Below, piece by piece: positions 37,252 through 50,440 of a stretch of DNA of 64,000 bases. The notes beneath the pieces are model-generated. The model had not been told where the DNA came from and did not search any database. It saw nothing but the letters and a program-made list of their open reading frames with translations. This DNA comes from Eukaryota sp. GEM-RC1 (taxonomy: Eukaryota). Within the stretch, counting starts at the first letter, position 1. Each line of letters begins with the position of its first letter. Where the stretch lies: positions 1,984,001 to 2,048,000 of the forward strand of contig JAUFOQ010000002.1 in assembly GCA_040285855.1 (NCBI GenBank). Reading direction: 5' to 3'. The translations under genes and the position numbers were made by a program.

Positions 37252-40106
37252 CGAGTATGTCAAGAGAACAAAATTTTAATTGAAAACCGCTGGACATATT
37301 TTTTGGCGCCATCGGACATGGCTTCTCACAACTCTGTCTCTCTGCCGATGCAGAACTTTAGAGAGGATATGGAAGTCGATCATGGTATCCATACACCCCA
37401 ATCTCTGATGGAGTTACGTCGCAGGGCTACAGAATATCCCTTTAGTCCAAACGCCCCTGTACAAGCTCAGCAGTTCCACAGTTTGGGCAACGCGTCCATT
37501 TCCCCGCTTCCTCTCCCCCTCTGATGTGGCTTCCGATCCCGTCTCAGTACCTTTGGCCTCCATGTCTTCCAGACCTTACCGTTTTCTCTACATTCCATTC
37601 CCGTGTCTAAATGATCTCAAAATCTCTTCACTTCTTGCCAATATGGATCGTGAGGACGATCTCCCCAACTTGGATGTCTGCATCTTCAGAGACTATTCTT
37701 CAAATCCTCTTGCAAATGCTTTTTCGTCTATATCGCTCGTCTTCTTCTTCCTGATCGACGGAATCGAATCTTGGCAATATCATCAATGTGTGCTGCATGT
37801 CATTGAACACATAACTGGTTCACGAGGAACTCCGTTTGATATACTTGGACACCACGAAAATGTTGTCACAGTCGAAATCACATTTTCTAATTGCCACTCT
37901 CTTACTGCATGGTCAAGCTTTCTAAGCAGTCCTATTGTAAGACTAGACTCCATTACCGTTCACATCTTTCGCTTCTCATGTCATAAAATGGCTCTGTTTG
38001 TTCCCCCAACTTACCACGATGTTGTAGAGCAGTCTTTAGTAAAGATGCACCCTCAAGCAAAGTGTATCTTTCACAGGAATTCTTGCTCAGAGTTTGTCAA
38101 CGTTTCCATGATTGTCCTCTCAAATCGTGTACTAACATTTCCTCGTGATAGTTTCTCCTTACCCATTCCCCATAGCCACTCTCACATTCCTGTGGTTCCA
38201 TTCATGCGGTACATCTTGAAACAGTTCTGTTTTGAAGTACGTTTGCAATGCAAAGCAGAGGATTTGTCCTTATTGAAAGAAGAATTCTCCAAACATTTTA
38301 ATTTGGAGCCTGAATGTATAACTACTTCGCTGTCTTCAGATTCCCTTTTGGTCTGGACAGATGATCGTCAGATTGAATCTATCCAAGGTCAAACATTCAA
38401 AGTCCGTCGAACTTCATTTCTTGGTTCATTGCTTTTCAAACACAAATGCTTTGTTATATCAGTAGCACGTTATAAGCCTCACCCATATTATCATGAAGTG
38501 TTACCTCCTATTAAGAGGATTCGACATGACGAGAATAACTTGTCGCCTTTTGCTCCTTCTCCTGCTCAACCTAGTGTGAGTCCTTTGCCTAGTGTTAATT
38601 CAGTCCGCTCAATCTTTGTTCCAAGTGGAAAGCCCAGTGATCCAGAACTCAAAGAACTACTGAAACAATGCAAACTTTCTTTTACTTTTGATAATTTGGG
38701 AATTTCGGTCTATGAATGTTTGGAGTCCGAGCCAGTTGCGCAAAACTACAGTACTATTTCTGTTAAGTTTTATCTTGTGGTTGATGGTGTTGATCCAACA
38801 CAGATAACTTCATTTATTCAATCAGCCATTTCAAAAGTTAATGGTGGTTGCAATGTTTCTTTCAACATTATCAGTATTGATTCTAACATTGTTGAGTTAG
38901 AACAAGAGTTCAATGATACTGATTTACTGGATGTTTGGTCACAGTGGCTAAATTCTGGAACAACACCACTTCTGCCAGGAACCACGCTGTCTATTTATAG
39001 ACATATGGCAAAGTTTATGGTGCTATATATACCAACCAAGAATGTTGAAGACGTTCAGAATGCAATATCTGGACAGTTCGCAAAACCTGCTTTAAATATA
39101 TTGTATTCAAAATTCGACTTACCTAACTTCTCCAACCTTGCGGTGACTGTTTTGTCATCAAACACAAGAAGTGCCTTTTTGACACATCATCTTCATTATC
39201 CGTCAATGCTTGTAAGTATAAATACAATGTTCTTCCCTACGAACAATTTTGTTCTTCGCTTAACTGTTTTGAACTGGTTGTTAGTCCCTGTTTGCCCTAT
39301 TCCAAAGACTTAGTAGAGTCCGTCTCCCAAAACTTTGGGTTACCTTTTTATAACTTTTCTTGTTACAAGAAGCGATGTCTTTTACTTTGGTCTAAAGAGC
39401 AAGAACCCGACGTTGTTGGAAAGTCTTTTAAGGTCAAACAACATGATTGTAAGGTTATTTGTGTGACACATTTCCATCCGTTTTTCCCTTTTCCTAAAGT
39501 TATGATCGATGAGAGTCCTCCAGATTATATTGAAATTGCTCAACAGTTTTATAAATCTTGGATTTCCCACCTCGATTCTAAATTTTTCAAATCTTGTATT
39601 ACAGTCTCTAAAGAACAGGGTAGGGCCCGATTTAATCATGGATATAGACTTTTACTTGTGATCGCTCAATTGCATACTCTCAAATGTTTAACATCAGGAT
39701 GTTATTTTTCCACTGAATCAGTTCCTCTTTCACTGGATTCTATTCAAAATTCCACCTATTCAACTCAACAATTAAAAGAAATAATTTCTGTTCCTGAATT
39801 CAATAATTCTCCCCCGAATTTTGTTAAGAAAAACATGGATTGTTTGGATTGTGCAATTGAAATAATCAATGAAAATGACACTGAAACATATTTTAAAATT
39901 GCGGTGCTAAACATGGCAAATGAAAATCACCCTGGAGGTGGCTATCTAACTGGAGCTTCTGCTCAAGAAGAATCTTTATTTAGAAGAACAACATTGGCTG
40001 CTGCACTTCATCCTAAAAAAGTTAAAGGTTGCAGACGACAGCAAATCACGTATCCCTGGAAAAAAAGTAACATTGATGTAATTTTTTCTGATAATATTGA
40101 AATATT
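35481..40106. repeat. Inverted repeat of about 280 bp (35481-35758 versus 39826-40106) covering the macrodomain catalytic core
   Basis: Direct comparison of the reverse complement shows only 3 mismatches over about 140 nt (39872-40014) and high identity over the rest. Confidence 0.92.
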
Positions 40107-43100
40107 TAAACATTCATCAGACACTGGTTTTGAAGTCCTCGATTGTCCATACAATGTTTCAATTATCTCTACTGCTGCTAAGAACTCTCCTACTGTTAAA
40201 GAGGTAAATCAGTTTGGAGATGATTTTGCCAAGGAATCGGATATCATGTTTTCGTTTAATCGGTGGTTATCTGTATTTTTGGCGGCAATTCATCACAAGG
40301 TTACTCATTTAATAGTTTGTCCTTTAGGTTTGTTTTCAGTTTCTTACTAACATTAGGATGTGGGGCTTTTCACAATCCAATCGAAGCTCAAATGAGTATA
40401 TTGGCCTATCTTGTATCCATTTACCACAAGTTCTTTCAACAAATAACCTTCTGTACCACCGGTAACGGTATGGAACGTTATGTTGAAGCACTCGCCAAGT
40501 TTTCACCTTTGTCTGCCTCTGGACATCCTTATATACCTTGTGCGGATCTTTTTTCTAAATGTAGAAAGTTCAAAGACCCTGTTCACTCTGGAAAGTATTT
40601 CCACGTGCCTGTCTGTATGTATGGATTGTCGTGTGTTTACAAAGACTCAATCACCCACAAACTTCTTTCTAAACATCCTGAGCGATGTGACCACTACGCA
40701 GACTGTCTTTTTACACAAGAAGGATCTTGAACATGACTTGCTGAATTGTCATGCGCCTGAATGTCCTGAGGGACCTCAATGTACTAATAAGTCTCTCGCT
40801 CATAGGCAAGAAGTTTACCACAGACCCATTTGCAATAAAGGGCGTGAGTGTGTGGACAAGAATTGTAAGTACCAGCATGAATTGGTTCCTTGTTCTAAAC
40901 GAAACTGTTTTGATTTAACAATGAAACACCAAAATGATTTCACACATCTTTTTCCTTTAGCAACAGATCCATTTTCTTCGTATTCCGGTTCAGGAAGAGT
41001 TGTCTGTGAGCGTGGATATGAATGTCGCAACAAAGATGATGCTGTTCACTGTAAAGAATATATCCATATCGAACGTCCATTATGTCCAGATTCCAATTGT
41101 TCTTTGTTAGATGAGTTCCATCTAAACACCTTCCGTCATCAAGGTGTCAAGGATTTCAGAGCTCGTTGTAGAGACGGTTCTTCATGTCCAAAACGTTATG
41201 ATTCAGCTCATTTTCGTTTGTATTCCCACCCTCCAGACGAGCAATTAACTGTCATGGGAGCTCTAATGCCCAACTTAGGACGAAATACGAAGGAGTTAAA
41301 TTATTTTGCAAATTATGCCAAGTTAACCAAAATTGTTCCAACAAATCGCCTCCCCCAAAATTTAAACCATTTGTCAGATCTTCTTTTAAAACTTCGACCT
41401 TGTCACCGAATCAATACGGCCAAATTTGAGAGTTGTTTAACTCATGGCTCATTTTATTCACTCCACTTCATGAAAAATTCTGTAGGGAACCCCGATGTTA
41501 TTAAAAACACTGTGGCGTCTTCTCATTTCAAATTACGTTCTTTTAAACATTACGACCAAGCTGCTATTTATCTCAAGGCCCACACATATGCAAAAATGAA
41601 TCAACAGCAGCAACCTGATCCTGGTCAAAGTATGAGATTGGAACAGGATTGTAACCGTCTCTCTTCGAGTGATAAACAATCGCTTGAGAGATTAGCCCTG
41701 CAGATTGCAACAGCCGCTTCAAATCTTGCGTCAATTGCTCCGCCAGGAATTGCTTACAAAGTGGACGAATATGTTAAGACAGATAGGACAATTTTTTCGA
41801 TTTTGGGTCCCAATCCAAATTCAAAATATGGTGAAATTGCTGTTCTATTTTCGTCTTCACTAACGAAGAATCCGGCGACTTTTCTTCATGTTACTGCTGC
41901 TACTATGTATTACAATCGAGCTAGTCGCACGGATTATCCCCCTCATCGTCCTTATGTCAAGTTGAATTCAGATCCCAAGAACAACATTAAACTATATCAT
42001 GACTTGATCCAAAATCTTGGAGTTAAAGGGGTTTCAAGAACTTTAGCATTAGATCTTTGCTTAATGTTGAGTAATTATTACAATCGTCCTGGAAAAAGGG
42101 GTTTCGACTTTGACAATGTTGACTCTCGTGCCCTTTTGAACTCTTTCTTTGGTCCTGATAGCCATTACCTCATAGAATGTCATCTTCCTGGTCGTGTTTC
42201 TTTTAATGATGTTGAACATGTTGTTATTCCCAAGTCCGTCTATGATAACTTTGGTGAAGCTACTAAAAGAGAACTTAACAGGATTAACGACCTAAAACCT
42301 GGTTTTTTGGTTACAGTAAATGGAAGTCATGATGGGCATGAGTTCAACAACAAGGTAACAGAATTGTCCATTTCAAACGCAGAAGCGGAGTATGGTTTTA
42401 ACACCGTTTTAACAGGGCATACCGATCACGACTTTGTGGATTTCATGACCAAGATCACAGCTCATGATCTTATGTGCGTTCGATTTGATGTGAATTCCAA
42501 CAGTAACTTTTCCTTTACAGTGAGCTTCCAACGCTCTCTTCACTGGTGTTTCATGTTTAGAGATGGAATGGTTCAGCTTTATGACAGAACTGATCCTGAT
42601 GTTGCCACTGATCCTAGAGCATTTGTGAAAATGTACTTTCCTAGAAGATGTGCTGCAACCTTCATTAGATTTGGAATTAAAATGAATATGAAAACTGGTG
42701 AGATTTCCGCTCAACGTATTGGACCAGAAGTTGAATTCAAATATGATCAGCTTTATTACAAGTCCGAAAGACTTCCAAAACATAATGATGACGTCGCGTC
42801 ATTCTCTGCTAGATTACATGGAACCCAATCTTCATCAAGTTATGCCAGTTTCAATAAAGTTGAACTGGGTACTTCTGAAGACAGACTTGAGCCAAAGAAA
42901 ACGTGGCCAAAAATTCAAGTTCCAATTGTTATTCCAAAGGCTACAGTACTGCCTATTAATCCTCGGCCCGATGCTGCGTCATCAGTTATTATGTGTCGTA
43001 ATCCATTTACGTGTAAGTACTACTACAATGGCCGTGAAGCTGAGACTGCTGCTGGACAACAGCATCTACAACGTTATCGACATGTTTGCAGACATGGGCA

Positions 43101-43356
43101 AAACTGCAGAAATCCATCTTCTCCTGACCATGTCCACTTCATTCATTTGGATTTACCTGCTTGCAGAAATGGTTCTAATTGTAACAAACTTGGTGATCCT
43201 CAACACAGATTTTCTTATTCTCATGGAGAAGTTTCGATTGTGCCTTATCAATGTAAAAATGGCAAGAACTGTAAAGACATTAGAAGGAGTACCCATTTGA
43301 AGAAATTTGGTCATTGGGATTGTGATAAGGAAGTGTGTCGTGCACCAACAATTTAA
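37318..43356 (+). CDS. About 2000 aa paralogue: duplicated N-terminal domain, PARG-type macrodomain, PBZ-like fingers, putative ART-fold domain, beta-rich domain, PBZ fingers
   Basis: Same macro motifs and collinear finger array as the minus-strand gene. ORFs join through homopolymer indels (about 37517, 39178 and 40710) and a 29 nt intron. Confidence 0.8.
40328..40356 (+). other. 29 nt spliceosomal intron
   Basis: GTTTGTTTTCAGTTTCTTACTAACATTAG has a TACTAAC branch point fused to the 3' splice site. Removal gives PLGCGAF, matching the intronless PMGCGAF of the paralogue. Confidence 0.92.
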
Positions 43357-46300
43357 ACTTTGTTAGCCATTTATCGTGTACGATGTCGCAATAGAATGAA
43401 GTTTTTGTATTTTAGTCCGTAATTTTTATCTTAAACATAAATTCGTATTTGAATATGCTCTGAGATTAATCATTTTTGCTTTTGGAAACAAGGTGAAATA
43501 TCTATAGTATTCATGAACTAATCACTCGTACATTTTTGAATGAAAAGTCAAATCCAAAAACAAATTTGTTCCACAATCCGTACAATGTCTTGAACAGTCC
43601 AATTACTTGTGAATTCTATTCACCACGTCCATACTTTGGACATGTTTCCAGGCTGTTTTGATATACTTGATGTAAAAGATTGTCATTAAAAGGCTTTCTA
43701 CAAACCAAATATTCCATCATGCGTAGCTAAAGTCATTTTGTGACTGAATCTGTTGGACTAATGAATTACAATTTCTAATTTGGAATACAGCTTATTAATA
43801 TCATATAAATATTCAAGAACCAAACAAAAATAGTTTGAACCATAATCAAACGACTTCAATGGGAACAACATTGCATAGCACAACTGAACAAACTACAGTA
43901 ACTAACAAATTAATTAAGCTGTTTCCATAACGGATTGGACAAGGTTTTACCAGCATTAACTGTAGCGACAGTCCTGAATGAACAAATGGGGATAGTTCAC
44001 AGTAAAAAGGAGAAATGCTAACCCAACCTCCTTTATTGAATACTCGTACAATCCAACCGCCTATAAGTCTATCGCAGACAGATCACGTCATCCACCAATG
44101 TAAACATTGATACTTCAAGCTCTCGAAGTCCCCCAATCATAGAGAAGGTGGAGAAGTAACTTCCTCATGCTTTCAAGAAGGTGGTAACCGCAAGCACATA
44201 AGTCTCTCTAGCTCATCATTTGTGTCAAACATCTGCTATCAACACACCCTTGTTGCTTAGAAATTTTGCTCCTCATAAAATTTATCAAATAGTAGTTCTA
44301 CAGAGTACACCCCTACAGAGATTTGAATGCTCGTAGACGAAAGGTTGAGGTCTGAAACATTTTCAAAAGTTCAAGATAAACCAAAAGATAAAGAAGTTCC
44401 ACCGTACCATACCGATGAGTGATTCTCTCACTTAGCCTGCCTCCATTATTGACATCATTAATTCTCATCCTCCTTTTCAGTTGTAAAACCACTGACAGGA
44501 TCAAAAGGTGCACATCTGGTTCAATAATATAGTGTATCAGCAATAATGCCCATACGTACGTAAAGTAGACGCACAATCTCTTTCCCTCCATAAAGTGACA
44601 CCCTCTATAGTGACTGCCGTTGGGGTGTCATTATTCAGAGGGTAGACTGTACCTCTTTGATTACATCGTTTTCAGCTATCCTTTTACAAAATACATGAAC
44701 ACTTCTGCATAAATAGTTCTTTATTATTACACCTACAAACCATACTTGTAAAATAAATTCTGTATTTTATGTGTTTTTCTAACAGTGTGATTTAAAATGC
44801 AAACTGTATGTAACTGTATTTTTCCAATATGCTTGACAAGTGCTTCTTCAGCTCGTTTATGTACATTATAATAATATCAAGTGCCTCTGTCAGATACAGT
44901 CACCCTTTGCGTCAGATCGTTCAGACCTTTTGGTTCAGATTTACTCGCATTTATCAAATTCAATCTGTGAAAATGAAATTTTTTTGTTCATCAACCTCTT
45001 TATGACTTAGTCTCTGCCTCAATTCATCCTAACAATCCAAGAAGTAACTTCTGGAACATAAGAAAGGGGACGTGGTGCAGAACGCAGATACTCGAATCAA
45101 TGAACAACTGGAGATCAACCTTGAACTTTTGCTGGATATCGTTGTAACCACCTGCAGGAAATAGAAACGAATATAATCTTTTACTGCACCGTTATGGTTA
45201 AGTACTCGTTGAAAAAGATTAACAGACTGATACGTTTGTATTTTACTTGGTATTTTATGTATTTTTGTATTTTTCAAATGAAAACTCGTTTATTTTACAA
45301 GTATGCTACAAACGTCAATTATTCCAATCAATTGGTCATGATTCTAAGATCTCTAATAAAAACGGCTTTTGAAGTCTTCTGATGCGGCATTCCTTGTGCA
45401 TTCGCTATTGTTCTTCAAATCTACAAATATTTCTGATTGCTAGACCTGTGAATTTCATTTGAAACGCTCAAAATTTCTCTGTCACCAACTTCACACCATG
45501 ATATCCTTACTTGCCTCACCAGAAGGTGTTTACCCCTCTTAGACTACACAATGTTCGTGCAGATGTATCTTACCATCTCTTCAAAGGTGGACAAAACTTG
45601 TATTATCTCAGAGATGCTGATCTACTACTCTAATGTTCAAGAAATGACCGTTCCGTCTTTGACTTCACTCTTTACTGATAATTTTTGAAGCAGAACTTGA
45701 GAGACAACTCAGCTTACCAGAGGATACTATTCTCTCAGTTCTCTTCAAGAGTGGTGGAAGTTTTCGAGTGGTTACCAACGACACCCAAAGAATATGGATC
45801 GGTGATTCGGAATTGTCATGCTTCTCTTTGAAGGTCAACCCTCGCAACCTGAACAGAACACAATATCAATCATATGCTGCTGCTCAAGAAGTAGCAAATG
45901 CACGGCATATCTCGATCGATGAATTGAAGGCAATCAATCCAGGTTTATACAATTTTATGAAACACAAAAAAACATTGACAATATATATCAAAAATTAGAC
46001 TAACAGCTGAGGTGAAAGCCTACATCCTTATAGAAGAATTTGGAAGTAATAGGCAGTTTATCACTGCCCTTGATGTTTATCAATCTATCACAGACAAGAA
46101 ACATCAAGTAATTCTACGACTTATACCGGATCCGGTCCATTTTCTGCTCACATGTCGATGTTCATTGATTCGACGGTTATGAGAGACCTGTTTTTGGTGG
46201 GAACGTCATCCTACCAAATCAGGTGGAATTCTACAGAAGGAACTTCTGTAGATATCTCGTATCCCTACAGTATGGGTGGGACCCGGCGGCAATATGCTAT

Positions 46301-46592
46301 TCAAAGGCATCATTGTTTAAGCAAAACCCCAAGGAGAGCATTTTTGGTCACTGATCCAAATCAATCCAAATTTTTTCTTTTTTCGAAGTCGAGGGTTTTT
46401 CATGGGAGTATGTGTGTTGTTTTTGGCAGTCAGGCCTATCATTTTACATGCCCAGCATGGTGATAGAACCGCCATGGCAACACACAGCCCCAAGACTTGC
46501 CTCCCTGTAAAATTCATTGTATCGGTGGTGGTGGTGGTGAAATTTTGTTGAAGTGTCGTTTTTTCGAAATCTCTGTCAGTTTTGATTGTGGA

Positions 46593-46649
46593 CTGCAGTA
46601 TAAAATTGATCTTACGTCAGATGGTGATGTGGAATCCAATCCAGTTCCA
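46593..46649 (+). other. 2A/StopGo-like peptide LQYKIDLTSDGDVESNPVP (G to V in NPGP)
   Basis: Matches D(V/I)ExNPGP except GTT for GGT. It lies in a decayed reading frame. Confidence 0.7.
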
Positions 46650-47814
46650 CAATCTAATCCCAATTCTGATCCCATCGGTACAAGATTGAGTCTTTCAAGT
46701 CTTGGTCCAGAACCTGCTCATAAAAAGAAAATTGAACTGTCCGAATCTTCATTACAGTTTCTAGAAGCTCAGGAGTTATATCTTTTCTGGACATTGAATC
46801 TCTTTCAGCAAAGGAATTGTATACTATAAAACTCTCTAAAACTTCGGCGAAAAAAGATGCTTTAGACGATGAACTCGAATCAGAAGACAAACCAATCTCT
46901 GAATTTTCTGAAGAACCAGATCAGTTGAAACCCGACTTTGAAAATGATTCAATTATCCAGATTGGAATCCAACTTGTAAATACTTTTGAACATCCTTTAC
47001 AAGAGTCAGGGGAGTTTCTTATTTACTTCAAAACCAGTTCTTATTTTTTTCTCAATCCTGAAGTGTGCTTTTTGAAATGAAAAAGAAATGTTTGAGGAAA
47101 TTGTTCATCTCCTGAAATTGGAAAAGCCATAACTCATTTGTGGTTACAATACAGTTGAATTACCGTTTACTACTCGTCGTTGTCAACTGCTTGATGTGGA
47201 CATCAATTTCTTAATTAAACTGGGTGATTCGGTTTGTTTTCCGTGGTTCTTTCAAAGATGGACTAAAAGATCAAAGCTTACTACTATTCGATCTCTAGAT
47301 TGAATCAAGTTCTACGTTATACTTATACTTTTCTAGGACGTAGATCACTGGAAGACATTGCTTCATATCTGTTTGAAGATTCAAAAGTTCAAAAAGATGA
47401 GAAAATTAGTCAAAAGTTTTGAAAAAGATTAGAAGTGAGGGAAATTACTTCCCCCAAAAAGTGGAATTAAATACCAGAACTGCTTAAAGAAATAAAGTAT
47501 AAACAGATTTCATAGATCGACAAAGTATTACTCCTCATGTCAACAGTTAATAAATCACCAGTTTTCGAACCAGAAAATGATCCTGAGAGGTTTGCCTTGG
47601 GTCACTCCAGATATACTTGGAATTAATCATTTGAACTGGATTTGATGAGTAATTAAATTCATTAAGTGTAATAAATCCAATATTTACCACCAATCCGCCA
47701 CCTGGACCTGGAGCCATATGACTTGGTTAAAAAATCCAAACTGGTTTGGCTTTGTCTTGAGTCATTTGAGTAAGCCAAACCAAATTTGGACATGACTCGG
47801 CTCAAGTCAATCGG

Positions 47815-48930
47815 CTAACCGCTTGATGCGATCCGTTTAACAGCTCTACCATCACCCTGATTCCTAACTTTCCACTTACAAACACAACCTTTCACCAAAG
47901 GTCTGTCAGCTAGAATTGAACGATATCCAGTACTATTACTGAAGGAAATCATCTCACCAGAGTTCGAGCCACTCGTAAAATAAATTGATTTCATTGGTAG
48001 AAACAACAGGAAACCATTAACAAATTCATTTACTACTGTACTTATAGTTATTGAAGAAGCACTAATGCAGAAGAATATTATTTGCTAAATGTTAATGATA
48101 ACGTCATCAACGTGTTCATTTCTCAAATTATTTAAAAAATAAGAAATTTGGTGATCAAGTGTCTCCCATCACGTGTATAGAGCTCATGAGTACATAACTA
48201 GAAGCTAAGGTGATCAGATAGAACACGTGTCTTAGACCCGTTCAATAGTGATAGATCTACAAACAACGCAGGACACATTTGGAATGGTCTCAACAAATTG
48301 TTAGCTTGAGAGAAATGAATACAAGTGTCAAGTACTTGTGGATGAGATAAGTGAAGATGAATCAGAGTAGGTGGTTCTTGTAACTATATATAGTAACTAG
48401 GTTCTTGTAACTATATATAGTAACTAGGACTAGTAGTAACGGAAGTGTAAGTAAGTTCCCCGAGAAGAAAGAAGTTCGAGGATCGCGGAAGATTGTAAGA
48501 AGCAGATGTGTATTTGGAGACTAGAAGTGCGAGACTTCTAGTTTTGAGAGAGAGAAGAACAAAACAAGAAGCTGTCCAAACAGTGGTAACGGAACGAATG
48601 AACAAGATACATTGAATTTTTCATGTCCATAGACTGTTAGAAGTAGAGGGCAAGACAGAAGTAGTTGTAGGCGTTGAGCGTGGATGACTTTCCGGAGAAG
48701 GACTTGATGAAGGCGAAGAAGTTGTCTGAATCGACGGGAAGATGGGAGAAGTCGATGACGTTCTAGAGTTTATCCCCAAACTCTAAGAACCAGAGGGATG
48801 GGAAGTATGGGGAGTGAGCAGCAAGGACAGATTTGTTCGCCTCGATGGATTCCCCGCCAAATGAAATGGTTTGGTTACATAGGGATGGTTCATCGAGAAT
48901 CATGGAAAGAGTTTATGCTGAGAGAAGGGA
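47815..48930 (-). pseudogene. Decayed BTB (possibly plus SPRY-like) gene
   Basis: Minus-strand translation of about 48640-48900 gives CNQTISFGGESIEANKSVLAAHSPYFPSLWFLEFGDKL*NVIDFSHLPV (BTB). The downstream RSILADRPLVKGCVCKWKVR fragment is SPRY-like. Confidence 0.6.
48373..48426. repeat. Perfect 27 bp tandem duplication
   Basis: GGTTCTTGTAACTATATATAGTAACTA occurs twice in tandem. Confidence 0.9.
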
Positions 48931-50440
48931 AAATGTCATTAGAAGCAATAGCAAAGAAAAACTTAGTTGACTTAAACCAAAATGGGAGACAAATGTTCTT
49001 ATGTCTGATCTTGACCTGGCTATCGAATGGCGTCGACGGACATCTGCCACCCTGGACGCTGACGAATCCGATCTTCCGTCGCATCAGCGTCGACTAGTGT
49101 ATTCAAAAAAACAAAATCAACTTTATTTGCACTGGTTCCATATTTTGAAGGATTTTAGGCTAATCAAACCATAGCAATCAAGGAAATGAATGTTTGTTTG
49201 TCACAATCAAGTAAATCATATCAATTCAGAAAATGCCCGTTTGCAACCAAGGCTCCATTTTGAATGATAAAAATGGTCATCTGGCAAAGGATGAACACAT
49301 AGAGTGTTCAAATTATGCGGATGCTTTGAAGAAACCTCATGAAAATCTATATTCTAAGTTTTCAGTTGTTCTATTTGCAATTTATTGGTTCTAAACAAGT
49401 TTCTATAGTTATAACGTCAACTCGAGATCATTATTCTTCTATTCTAAAACTCAATATAAACGGCTTCTGTTTGAATAAAGGAATGTGTTTCTTGCGATAT
49501 TTCTTTGCAGTTTAAACCAAGAAATAGTCGTTGTCTATTGATTCAACGATGCTCTAATGATCTAGAATCTGAATAAGAATCATATTGATGTAACATCACG
49601 AAAAAGCTTTCATACAATCACAACGTGGAGATTCCCTGTAGCCCATTGACATTGGATGGCTCTAATTTCTGATTGATTCCTTGAATTCCGAACGACACAA
49701 TATATCGTCTTTCCACTTTTTATGTACAATAATTTGAAAATTCTAGTTGTTTTCATTGCAGCCCATGATAAATCTCGCCTTTTAAATCAATGTTGTTCCC
49801 CTTTTGGCTAATCCATAAAGTACAAAAACTCGTTGGAAATGGAGCAGAATTGTCCATTTGTGTTGAGTGTTTTTTTGATTAGATTCTGACGGATCAGTCC
49901 ACATCCTCATTTTTGACAGGAATGTGTGAAGTTGAACGAGATATAGCATAGATGTAAGGTACACTACTTTCTGAGAAATCGTTGGTTGAGAGAAATGGAG
50001 GATCTTCTGCTTCAGCCAAGTAATGAGAGTTATTCAAACTATATCTGGATTGTGAGGAGATGCTGAGATCAATTGAGGAGTTCTAGAATAAGGAGAAGTT
50101 CATAGTTCAATTAGTACAAGTTAGTCTAAGAAGTGTCAATGTCAGAGACATAGTGAATGTCAATATCATGTCCAATTGTGACATGTTTACAGTTGTTCCT
50201 TTAAAAGAACAACTTTTGCGAGAGTCAATTATTCTTGTTACATGACGAATCTAGTGTATGTCGATTTACGTCTCACTTCCGAACTGTATATCTCGGCCCT
50301 TTGCCGTCGGTTGTGTACATAGGTGTATGTGTACAACGAGTTGAATACCGTTACCATATATTTTTTCCAACAAATTGAACTTCAAAACGTCATCAGATGT
50401 TTGAAGCATGGAACGTAATTGTTCCGTACTGAAGCGATTT

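Noticed and set aside
45880..45950. LysM-like EVANARHISIDELKAINPGL
   Set aside because: Only half of the motif, in a disrupted frame. Its NPGL is not a 2A.
46490..46545. HDV-like ribozyme upstream of the 2A (TGC-CTCCCT-GTA resembles P3/L3)
   Set aside because: No compatible P1, P1.1 or P2 pairing could be found.
50310..50337. 12 bp hairpin with two G-U pairs upstream of the hAT
   Set aside because: Isolated, low-complexity GT/AC sequence with no functional context.
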